This document shows, piece by piece, positions 18,599 through 26,713 of a stretch of 64,000 nucleotides of DNA. A program made the translations under genes and the position numbers. Source of the stretch: an uncultured Altererythrobacter sp. (GTDB lineage: Bacteria; Pseudomonadota; Alphaproteobacteria; Sphingomonadales; Sphingomonadaceae); the NCBI GenBank assembly GCA_913056125.1, contig CAJXNC010000012.1, forward strand, positions 18,861-82,860, read 5' to 3'. How positions within the stretch are numbered: position 1 is the first letter of the stretch; each line of letters begins with the position of its first letter. Under the pieces are notes generated by a model. The model worked only from the letters and a program-made list of their open reading frames with translations. It was not told the DNA's origin and did no database searches.

Positions 18599-19666
18599 TC
18601 ATTCCGTCATGGCCGCGAGGCGCTTGGCCTCGTCTTCGGCGGTCAGGGCATCGACGATCTCGCCCAGCGCAGTACCCGCCAGCACCTCGTCGAGCTTGTG
18701 CAGGGTCAGGCCGATGCGGTGGTCGGTCACGCGCCCTTGCGGAAAATTATAGGTGCGGATGCGTTCGCTGCGATCACCCGAGCCGACCATGGCCTTGCGC
18801 GCCGCAGCCTCTTCCCCCTGCGCCTCCTCGCGCATCTTCTCGTAGAGGCGCGCGCGCAGCACCTGCATCGCCTTTGCGCGGTTCTTGTGCTGGCTGCGCT
18901 CGTCCTGCTGGATCACCACGATGCCGCTCGGCAGGTGGGTGATGCGCACCGCGGAATCGGTCGTATTAACGTGCTGGCCGCCCGCGCCCGAAGCACGGTA
19001 AATATCTATTTTCAGATCATTATCGTTAATCTGGACATCCACCTCGGTCGGCTCGGGCAACACCGCCACCGTCGCAGCAGAAGTATGGATGCGCCCACCG
19101 CTTTCGGTCACGGGAACGCGCTGCACGCGGTGCACGCCGCTTTCCCATTTGAGCTTGGCGAAGACACCCTGCCCGGTGACGTTTGCTACGATTTCCTTGA
19201 AGCCGCCTGCATCCGAGACATTCATGCTGACCGGCTCGACCCGCCAACCCTGTTCGGCCGCGAACCGCTCATACATGCGGTAGAGATCGCCCGCGAAAAG
19301 CGCTGCCTCGTCGCCGCCCGTCCCCGCGCGGATTTCGAGCATCGCGGAACGGGCATCGGCCTCGTCCTTGGGCAGCATGGCAATGGCCAGCTCGTGCTCG
19401 GCTTCGGGCAGGCGCTGCTTCAGTTCGGCCAGTTCTTCTTCCGCCATGGCCTTCATCTCGGGATCGGAGAGCATCTCGGTAAGGCCGGAAATCTCCTCGC
19501 GAATGGAGGTCACCTCGGCGGCGACCTTGGCCACAGGCTCGAGTTCGGCATAATCGCGGCTCGCCTGCACGAAAGCCTCGCCTTCGAGCTGGCCCGAGGC
19601 CATGCGCGCTTCGAGTTCGGCAAAGCGATTGGCGATCTGCGCCAGGCGTTCGGCAGGAATGGACAT
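18599..19666 (-). CDS. prfA: Peptide chain release factor 1
   Basis: 355-aa ORF with PVT tripeptide context, the GGQHVN motif ([19 protein letters not shown]) and an RF1-type N-terminus. Confidence 0.97.
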   Translation of the reverse strand: MSIPAERLAQIANRFAELEARMASGQLEGEAFVQASRDYAELEPVAKVAAEVTSIREEISGLTEMLSDPEMKAMAEEELAELKQRLPEAEHELAIAMLPKDEADARSAMLEIRAGTGGDEAALFAGDLYRMYERFAAEQGWRVEPVSMNVSDAGGFKEIVANVTGQGVFAKLKWESGVHRVQRVPVTESGGRIHTSAATVAVLPEPTEVDVQINDNDLKIDIYRASGAGGQHVNTTDSAVRITHLPSGIVVIQQDERSQHKNRAKAMQVLRARLYEKMREEAQGEEAAARKAMVGSGDRSERIRTYNFPQGRVTDHRIGLTLHKLDEVLAGTALGEIVDALTAEDEAKRLAAMTE

Positions 19667-20967
19667 CAGTCGCGGCGGATCGCCCAGCGCGCCTGGTCGC
19701 CCCGGCCCTGGCGCGACAGCAGGCCGAAGACATGATCGACAAGGTCGCCCAGCGGCACTTCATGCTGGTCGCCTTCGATAAGGTCCTTGAGATTGGCGAC
19801 ACCCTTGGCAAGCTCGTCATCGCCAAGGATCACCGCCACGCTGGCACCGGCATTATTGGCGCGCTGCATGCGCTTCTTCATATTGCCGCGATAATCCATC
19901 TCGGCACAGACGCCGTGGCGACGCAATTCGGCCAGCAGGCCCTCTCCGCGCGCCGAAGCGGCATCGCCCAGCGGAATAACTGCCACATCGAGAGGAGCCG
20001 CATCGCGCTCACCCACCAGCATGGCGAGGCGTTCGATACCCGCAGCCCAGCCGACCGCCGGCGTGGGATTGCCGCCAAGCGATTCCATCAGCCCGTCATA
20101 GCGTCCGCCGGCAAGCACCGTACCCTGTGCGCCCAAGCGGTCGGTGACGAATTCAAAGGCGGTGTGGCGGTAATAGTCGAGCCCGCGCACCAGCGCCGGA
20201 TTGCGCGTCCACGCCACGCCCGCGGCATCGAGGCCTGCGGTAACCGCGCCGAAGAAATCCTGCGCTTCACCGGAAAGGAAATCGTCGATCAGCGGCGCAT
20301 CCGCGACGAAGACCTTGTCGCGCGGATCCTTGCTGTCGAGAATCCGTAGCGGGTTCTTTTCGAGCCGTTCCTGCGAATCCTCTGAAAGTTCTCCGCGCAC
20401 GGCGGAAAAATACTCGATCAGGGCGGCGCGCCATGCCTCGCGGCTGTCGCCATCACCCAAGGTGTTGAGCTGCAGCGTCACGCCATCGGCAATGCCCAGT
20501 TCGCGCAAGAGCTGGTCGGCCATGGCGAGCAGTTCGACATCGGCTTGCGGCTCGCCCGCGCCGATGATCTCGGCATCGATCTGGTGGAACTGGCGGTAGC
20601 GGCCCTTTTGCGGACGCTCGTAACGGAAGACCGGACCATGCGTCGCCACCTTGAGCGGCACATATTGCTGCCAGCCATCGGTCAGGAAGGCGCGGCAGAT
20701 GCCGGCGGTGAATTCGGGCCGTAGCGTGAGGCTTTCTTCGCCGCGATCGAGGAAGGAATACATTTCCTTGGAAACGATATCGGTGGTCTCACCGATCGAA
20801 CGGGCGAAAACCTCGGTCTTTTCGAAGACCGGCATTTCCGCGCGGCGGAAGCGGTACAGCTTCCTCACGCGCTCGAACGTCTCCACCACGAAGGCGAAGG
20901 CCTCTGCTTCGGGTCCGAATATATCCTGCGTGCCGCGAATGGGACGCGGCGTTTCAACCTTGCTCAT
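19666..20967 (-). CDS. hisS: Histidine--tRNA ligase
   Basis: 433-aa [27 protein letters not shown] and GGRYDGL are class II HisRS motifs. Confidence 0.95.
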   Translation of the reverse strand: MSKVETPRPIRGTQDIFGPEAEAFAFVVETFERVRKLYRFRRAEMPVFEKTEVFARSIGETTDIVSKEMYSFLDRGEESLTLRPEFTAGICRAFLTDGWQQYVPLKVATHGPVFRYERPQKGRYRQFHQIDAEIIGAGEPQADVELLAMADQLLRELGIADGVTLQLNTLGDGDSREAWRAALIEYFSAVRGELSEDSQERLEKNPLRILDSKDPRDKVFVADAPLIDDFLSGEAQDFFGAVTAGLDAAGVAWTRNPALVRGLDYYRHTAFEFVTDRLGAQGTVLAGGRYDGLMESLGGNPTPAVGWAAGIERLAMLVGERDAAPLDVAVIPLGDAASARGEGLLAELRRHGVCAEMDYRGNMKKRMQRANNAGASVAVILGDDELAKGVANLKDLIEGDQHEVPLGDLVDHVFGLLSRQGRGDQARWAIRRD

Positions 20968-21005
20968 GGGGTGCAGCCCTTAAGCCGCACCCGCAAAAGC
21001 CGCAA

Positions 21006-22118
21006 CTATTCAGCCGCCTCGAGGAAACGATCGTCAATCGAGGTATCGGCTTCCCAGCTCTTGAGTTCGGGCAAGACCGTTTCGGCGAACATGTACATGG
21101 AACGGCGCGCATCCTCCTGCGGCATGCCGCCATAATAGACATGCGGGAAGAAGCCCTGCGGGTTGTAGATGCCTTTCAGCTCCCACAGCCGGTCGAGGAT
21201 CTGCTGCGGCGTTCCGGTGATCGCGCCCTTGGAGAAGTTCTCGCAATAGGCGTCGATCTCCTCCGGGCTATGCAGCATCATCTTCTCGTAATGCTCATAG
21301 CCCTTCACATTGGCGAAGGTGCCCGGCTTGGCGAGCGAGTAGTTCTTGATCGCCGCGCGCATGGTGTTGGCAAGGTACATCTGCCCCTGCTGCTCGGCGA
21401 AATCGCCATCCTCATGGATGTAGAAATTGCCGCTGAGCATGGGTGGGGGCGGCGAGGAGCCGTCGCCATGCACCTCGTCCCAGATCGCCTTGTACTGGTC
21501 GGGCGGGGTTTCCTTACCGCGCTGCGGGATCATCAGCACCATGTTGCCGAAGCCATGACGGGCAGCGGCATACATGGAATTGCCTGACAGCGAGCCGCAG
21601 AACTTGCGCCCTTCGAAGCTCTTGATCGGACGCGGGCGCAATTCGGTGCGCGGGATCTTGCCGAACGCGCCCTCGCCCTCGATCACGCCGGTTTCCAGCG
21701 CCGGGATGAGCACGTCGAGGACATCGTTATAGAGATCGCGGCTCTTGTTCTGGTCGATGCCCAGGCCGGCAAATTCCTGCGGGGCAAGCCCGCCGCCAAA
21801 GCCCAGCAGCGCCCGGCCACCCGAAAGGATATCGAGGTTGATGATGTTCTCGGCCAGCCGCACCGGATTGTGCCAGGGCACGATGATGCACTGCGTGCCC
21901 AGCTTCACCCGCTTGGTGCGCCCGGCAATATGCGTGAGCAGGAAGAGCGGATCGTTCGACACCGAATAGTCGGAGAAATGATGCTCGGTAATCCACACCG
22001 AATCGAAGCCCAGCTCTTCGGCCAGGACGAGGTTCTCGATCTCTTCGCGCAGCAATTGCGCATCGTCGTAATTGTCTCCGCGCTGGTGCGCGAACCCACT
22101 GGCCAGGCCTACATGCAT
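21006..22118 (-). CDS. LLM-class (luciferase-like) flavin-dependent oxidoreductase
   Basis: Frame of ORF 21006..22496, with the start moved to ATG 22118 (GAGGAGTTGAGAGG directly upstream). LGFDSVWITEHHFSDY...RVKLGTQCIIVPWHNPVRLAE. Confidence 0.85.
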   Translation of the reverse strand: MHVGLASGFAHQRGDNYDDAQLLREEIENLVLAEELGFDSVWITEHHFSDYSVSNDPLFLLTHIAGRTKRVKLGTQCIIVPWHNPVRLAENIINLDILSGGRALLGFGGGLAPQEFAGLGIDQNKSRDLYNDVLDVLIPALETGVIEGEGAFGKIPRTELRPRPIKSFEGRKFCGSLSGNSMYAAARHGFGNMVLMIPQRGKETPPDQYKAIWDEVHGDGSSPPPPMLSGNFYIHEDGDFAEQQGQMYLANTMRAAIKNYSLAKPGTFANVKGYEHYEKMMLHSPEEIDAYCENFSKGAITGTPQQILDRLWELKGIYNPQGFFPHVYYGGMPQEDARRSMYMFAETVLPELKSWEADTSIDDRFLEAAE

Positions 22119-22313
22119 CCTCTCAACTCCTCTCCGCACACGGTGGGAGCCTGTAAAACGACTCTTCTCACCGCCATATTCACGAACGTTACAATGACTC
22201 GAAAGCGGCGGCGGCGCAATTGACCTGTGGCAATCCGGCGCAAGCTGTTCTAACGGCACGGCCAGTTGCGGGAGGGGATGCCGCCAGAGACTCGGGAAGA
22301 GCAGGGAGCATCC

Positions 22314-22856
22314 ATGCGTATCGAACACATTCCTACGGGGGACAATCCGCCCGAAAGCCTCAATGTCATCATCGAGGTGCCGACCGGCGGAGAACCGGTG
22401 AAGTACGAGTTCGACAAGAAGAGCGGCGCGCTGTTCGTCGACCGCATCCTGCACACGCCTATGCGCTATCCGGCAAATTACGGCTTCGTGCCGCACACGT
22501 TGTCACCCGATGGCGACCCGCTCGATGCGCTGGTGATCGCCCGCTCGCCCTTCATGGCCGGCTGCGTGGTGCGGGCACGGCCAATCGGCGTGCTCAACCT
22601 CGAAGACGAACATGGCGGCGACGAGAAGCTGATTTGCGTGCCGATCGATTCGACCTTCCCCTATTATTCGGATGTCGGCGAAACCAAGGACCTGCCCTCG
22701 ATCATCTTCCAGCAGATCGAGCACTTCTTCACCCACTACAAGGACCTCGAAAAGGAAAAGTGGGTCCGTGTCGGTGCCTGGGGCGATGCCGCGGAAGCGC
22801 GCAAGGTCACGCTCGAAGCGATCGAACGCTACGAGGCGAACAAGGCCGAGGGGTAG
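22314..22856 (+). CDS. ppa: Inorganic pyrophosphatase (family I)
   Basis: Frame of ORF 22266..22856, with the start at ATG 22314. NVIIEVPTGGEPVKYEFDK...YPANYGFVPHTLSPDGDPLDALV. Confidence 0.95.
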   Translation: MRIEHIPTGDNPPESLNVIIEVPTGGEPVKYEFDKKSGALFVDRILHTPMRYPANYGFVPHTLSPDGDPLDALVIARSPFMAGCVVRARPIGVLNLEDEHGGDEKLICVPIDSTFPYYSDVGETKDLPSIIFQQIEHFFTHYKDLEKEKWVRVGAWGDAAEARKVTLEAIERYEANKAEG

Positions 22857-22865
22857 GCAATACCC

Positions 22866-22900
22866 GGCCTTGCGCATTGGATTGATGCGCCGGCCTTTTT
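22866..22900 (+). terminator. Rho-independent terminator of ppa
   Basis: GGCC(TT)GCGCAT - TGGATTG - ATGCGC(C)GGCC followed by TTTTT. Begins 10 nt after the ppa stop. Confidence 0.7.
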
Positions 22901-22975
22901 GCGAATTTCTTGCGCAGGCAAGAATAGCTGCGCTCCGCAGGTGGACTTGGCAGTTCAATACTGCAATCTGTCGCC

Positions 22976-24970
22976 ATGTCCGACGTGTTCCTTTCCTACG
23001 CGCGCGCAGACCAGGCCAGGATCGAGAGTCTTGCCAAGGCTCTCGAAGAGCTTGGGCATAGCGTCTGGTGGGATCGCAATATCGAAGGCGGAAGCCATTT
23101 CGCCAAGGATATCGAGCGCGAAATACGGGCCGCAAGGGCGGTAGTCGTCGCCTGGTCCGCCCATTCGATCGAAAGCCACTGGGTCCTCGATGAGGCCGGA
23201 TATGCGCGAGACGAAGGCAAGATCGTGCCGATCACGCTCGACGGGACCCAGCAACCATTCGGCTTTCGCCAGGTGCAGGCACTCGATTTTTCCGAATGGC
23301 CCGCATCGCGGTCCGGCCTGGCCGGGCTGGAGAGGGCAGTCGCGCGGCTGATCGGCGAAGCGCCGCACGAACTGGTCGAGGCGCCCGCCGCTGCGCCGGG
23401 CAAGCGGTCGAACAAGCGCGCGCTGGTGCTTGGCGGGACAGTCGCGGCCGCGCTGCTGGTGGCAGGCGGCACCTATGTCGCAATGAACGGCACGACCGCC
23501 GAAACAGTGGAGGTGGCCAGCGAACCGGTGGCTTTGGCCATACTGCCTTTCAGCGTTTCAGGCGATGCGGGAGACGGCGACAACGCCCTCACAAACGGTT
23601 TCTCCGGCGCCCTCAATACCAATCTCTCCGGCCTTGCCGGCCTCGCTTTGGTCTCCAACACCTCCACCACCCAGCTTGCCGAGGAGGGGCTGTCGATTGC
23701 TGCAATCGGCGAGCGTCTCGGCGTGGACTATCTCGTCGAAGGCTCGATGCAATTCAGCGGAAGCGAGGTGGTCCTCGATATTGCGCTGATCGAGGCAAGA
23801 TCGTCGCGGCAGCTATGGAACGAGCGCTTCCGGGAAGATCGCGGCTTTCTCGATGTGCTTATGCTTCGTACCAGCAATGCGCTGGCATCCATGCTGCAAT
23901 CGCGCTTCGGGGTCGGCCAGGGCAGCACGATTGCGCATGTCGATGCGAATCCCCGGGCTTACGAGGCCTATCTGCGCGGAATGGAGCTGCTCCTGTCGCG
24001 GCAGTTCGGCGACAACCGGCGTAGCGCCTTTGCCCAGTTCCAGCGCGCCGTCCAGATCGATCCAGATTTTGCGGCGGCACAAGCCGCTTTGGGATTGACC
24101 CTTGCACTTGGCGATCCTGCCGCTTTTTCGCTGTCACCGTCCGAAGGCGAGGCGTTGGCGACTGCTTCTATCGATAACGCGCTGGAACGCGACCCGGGCA
24201 ATCTCATGGCGCAGGTGGCGCGCGAATTGATGCCCACGACCTTTGGCGGAGATGTCGGCGCAGCGATTGTCAATTTGCAAGAGCTCACCCAAGACCATCC
24301 CGACTATGCGCTCGGGCAATACGCACTCGGCCTGAACCTTACTGCCGTAGGTGAAAGTGAAGCTGCCTTGCAGCATTACCGGGAGGCACTGCGCATCGAT
24401 CCCGTCGATACAAGCTACAACAATTTCTACACATTATCGCTCGTCCTGGCGGGCAATTATGACGAGGTACGAAGCGCGGCGATGGAATGCACCGATTGCT
24501 TCCTCGTCAACGACGTATGGTATGGCGGGTTGATGTGGCTCGCGGACGACGAGCAATATCGATCCGATGCTTCCCTGTGGCGCGAACGGTGGACCACCAT
24601 TTTGCCCGAGGAAGAGCGGTTCCTGCCTTCTCTGGTTCTCCCAGCCTATCGGGAGAACAGGCCCCTTCCTGTGACGGCTGCGGAACTGGGTGTGAATGAC
24701 GTAGCACCAGTGATCCTGGCCGCTTTCGGCCAGTATGAGGACGCGTTATCCGTGCTGGGCCAACAGGGAGAGGAGTATCGCGGGCTGGACCAAACCGCGC
24801 GATTACTCGATTCGCCCAGTCCGGATTGGCCCGAAGAAGTGCGCGCCGATCCGCGCTATCACGCCGTGTTCGACGACCCCGTTTCGCAGAGCATTCTCGA
24901 GGAACGACGCAAACGCGGCAATTTACACAGTTTTCCGGTCTTTCCGGTGAGGCCGTACGAAGGCCCCTGA
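22976..24970 (+). CDS. TIR-domain transmembrane protein: N-terminal cytoplasmic TIR, one TM helix, periplasmic TolB-N-like module and TPR repeats
   Basis: 664-aa ORF. TIR_2 pattern: SDVFLSYARADQ...VWWDRNI...AVVVAWSAHSIESHWVLDEAGYA (putative catalytic Glu73). Basic GKRSNKR precedes the TM ALVLGGTVAAALLVAGGTYVAM. VALAILPFSVSGD...LVSNTST...IGERLGVDYLVEGS...LIEARSSRQLWNERF is the TolB-N-like module seen in TPR receptors. The C-terminus has TPR-like AYEAYLRG...FQRAVQIDPDF...HYREALRIDP. Confidence 0.85.
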   Translation: MSDVFLSYARADQARIESLAKALEELGHSVWWDRNIEGGSHFAKDIEREIRAARAVVVAWSAHSIESHWVLDEAGYARDEGKIVPITLDGTQQPFGFRQVQALDFSEWPASRSGLAGLERAVARLIGEAPHELVEAPAAAPGKRSNKRALVLGGTVAAALLVAGGTYVAMNGTTAETVEVASEPVALAILPFSVSGDAGDGDNALTNGFSGALNTNLSGLAGLALVSNTSTTQLAEEGLSIAAIGERLGVDYLVEGSMQFSGSEVVLDIALIEARSSRQLWNERFREDRGFLDVLMLRTSNALASMLQSRFGVGQGSTIAHVDANPRAYEAYLRGMELLLSRQFGDNRRSAFAQFQRAVQIDPDFAAAQAALGLTLALGDPAAFSLSPSEGEALATASIDNALERDPGNLMAQVARELMPTTFGGDVGAAIVNLQELTQDHPDYALGQYALGLNLTAVGESEAALQHYREALRIDPVDTSYNNFYTLSLVLAGNYDEVRSAAMECTDCFLVNDVWYGGLMWLADDEQYRSDASLWRERWTTILPEEERFLPSLVLPAYRENRPLPVTAAELGVNDVAPVILAAFGQYEDALSVLGQQGEEYRGLDQTARLLDSPSPDWPEEVRADPRYHAVFDDPVSQSILEERRKRGNLHSFPVFPVRPYEGP

Positions 24971-24980
24971 GAAAGTGAGG

Positions 24981-25095
24981 CCACTCCCGCCTGATCGGCG
25001 TGCTCACGCTCGATGACGAGCATGGAGGCGAGACCAAGGACCTGCCTCCTATCATCTTCCAGCAGATCGAACGCTACGAGGCGGAGAGGGCGTAA
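24981..25095 (+). pseudogene. Decayed duplicate of the ppa 3' part (two internal in-frame deletions)
   Basis: 24988-25095 reads RLIGVLTLDDEHGGETKDLPPIIFQQIERYEAERA*. The resident ppa reads RPIGVLNLEDEHGG[20 aa]ETKDLPSIIFQQI[35 aa]ERYEANKAEG*. The deletions are bounded in the resident copy by short repeats GGCGA and GATCGA. Confidence 0.85.
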
Positions 25096-25188
25096 GCCCA
25101 GGCACACCCGGACCCGGGCGTAGTCCTGCGAGAGGGAGTGCCCACACCCCCGTCTCGCATGACCCACACCTCTGCCCATTGCATACGC

Positions 25189-25218
25189 GCTACATTTGTG
25201 GCACGCTACAAATGTAGC
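25189..25218. promoter_or_regulatory. Perfect 11-bp inverted repeat GCTACATTTGT-N8-ACAAATGTAGC, BlaI/MecI-type operator (TACA/TGTA dyad)
   Basis: Read directly. Ends 20 nt upstream of the BlaI-family repressor start at 25238. Confidence 0.7.
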
Positions 25219-25237
25219 AGCCAAGTGTGGGGTGCCG

Positions 25238-25627
25238 ATGTTGAAGAAATTGCCACCGCGGGAACGGGAGATTGTCGACCTTCTATACGAGAGGGGAGAC
25301 CTGACTGTCACCGAGATATCAGAGGCCTTGTCCGGACAGCCTAGCGGCTCTGCCGTTCGGACCATGCTCAGCAGGCTCGAGCAGAAGGGCTTTGTCCGTC
25401 GCACCGATGGCCCCAAAGGCCACCTCTACCATCCGGCCGTACCCGACAACCAGGCACGCAAGACTGCCCTCAAGGAACTCGTACGCGTGTTCTTCCGTGG
25501 CTCTCCGGTTGGCGCTGCGACGGCGTTACTCGGCATGTCCGAACAGCTAGACGATGAGCAGCTTGACGAGCTTGAAGCGATGATTGCCCAGGCCCGAGCC
25601 GACAGGGCCAGGGAATCCGGGGAATGA
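25238..25627 (+). CDS. BlaI/MecI/CopY-family transcriptional repressor
   Basis: Frame of ORF 25196..25627, with the start at ATG 25238. MLKKLPPREREIVDLLYERGDLTVTEISEAL...SAVRTMLSRLEQKGFVRR is a winged-helix pattern of the BlaI family. Confidence 0.88.
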   Translation: MLKKLPPREREIVDLLYERGDLTVTEISEALSGQPSGSAVRTMLSRLEQKGFVRRTDGPKGHLYHPAVPDNQARKTALKELVRVFFRGSPVGAATALLGMSEQLDDEQLDELEAMIAQARADRARESGE

Positions 25628-26706
25628 TCGTTCTCCTCGCCGCGAAGTCCTTCGTGATTGCGGGCGCAACCCTGCTGATCCTGCGGCTTATGAGTGACCG
25701 CTCCGCCTCGGATCGAAGCTGGATCGCCCACCTCGGCCTGGCTGCAATCGCTGCGCTGCCGCTTGTATCAGCGCTGTTTCCGCCGCTGGAGGTTGCGAGT
25801 TCCTACGCATCGGCCCTGGCGCCGGCTGTTTCTGTTTCCTCCACCCAACTTGCCTCGTCAGTCTGGCCACAGACAGCGACAGACTGGCTGCTCCTTGCTT
25901 ACCTATTGCCGGCACTGCTTCTCATCGCGCATTTAATGTTGGCATTGCTCCGACTGGCGTTGCTGACAGAGCGTGCCCGCCCTGTGACCGACGATCGGTG
26001 GCTTGCGATTTTGTCCAGCGCGCAGCATCGGATCGGACTTTCGAAGAGTACTGCGTTGCTGGCCAGCGAAGGGATTGCATCGCCGGTGAGCTGGGGCGCT
26101 TTGCGGCCAAAGATCCTGCTCAATGCGGATGCCGTGGCGAGCCAAGAATGCGCGGAAGCCGTCGTGGCGCACGAACTGGCGCATATCGCGCGGGCTGACT
26201 GGCTGAAGCTCATCCTGGTCCGGCTGAGCGTGGCTCTGTTCTGGTTCAATCCATTGGCATGGATGTTGGCGCGAGAAGCGCACCAGCTGCGCGAGGAAGC
26301 GGCCGACGATGCCGTGCTGGCCGCGAATATCGAGGATACGGCCTACGCGAGCCTTCTGGTCAACACAGCCCGTAACCACGGCATCGGAATCGTTTTCGGA
26401 ACACATGGCGTCGCGCCAACACGCAACGCGCTTGCCCAACGCGTCAAAAAGGTTCTCGATCGCGACCTGAACCGCTCACCCGGAAGAGCATCCTGGGCAA
26501 CGGCTGTCGCCCTGTTTGCGGTTGCCCTGTCCACGCCGCTGATGACCCTGCAATTGACTGACACGACGCCCTCGCACCCGAATTCCGTGCTGTTTGCAAA
26601 GGGCGAGAATGCAGAAATCATCGTCTTCGAACTTCGCGCACCACACGCCAATCCCGGCTTCACACCGGCATCCTCGCAAGAGGACCGAGCAGGGGAAGAG
26701 GAGTAA
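25624..26706 (+). CDS. M56-family (BlaR1-like) membrane metalloprotease lacking a C-terminal penicillin-binding sensor domain
   Basis: 360-aa ORF overlapping the repressor gene by 4 nt. Has N-terminal TM helices and the HEXXH motif in VVAHELAHIARADW. It ends after one more TM helix and a ~60-aa tail. Confidence 0.85.
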   Translation: MIVLLAAKSFVIAGATLLILRLMSDRSASDRSWIAHLGLAAIAALPLVSALFPPLEVASSYASALAPAVSVSSTQLASSVWPQTATDWLLLAYLLPALLLIAHLMLALLRLALLTERARPVTDDRWLAILSSAQHRIGLSKSTALLASEGIASPVSWGALRPKILLNADAVASQECAEAVVAHELAHIARADWLKLILVRLSVALFWFNPLAWMLAREAHQLREEAADDAVLAANIEDTAYASLLVNTARNHGIGIVFGTHGVAPTRNALAQRVKKVLDRDLNRSPGRASWATAVALFAVALSTPLMTLQLTDTTPSHPNSVLFAKGENAEIIVFELRAPHANPGFTPASSQEDRAGEEE

Positions 26707-26713
26707 TCGCAGA

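Noticed and set aside
22940-22960. Sigma-54-like TGGCAG...TACTGCA element upstream of the TIR gene (tempting because rpoN is in the window)
   Set aside because: The GG and GC dinucleotides are 12 nt apart rather than the required 10. I treat it as a chance match.
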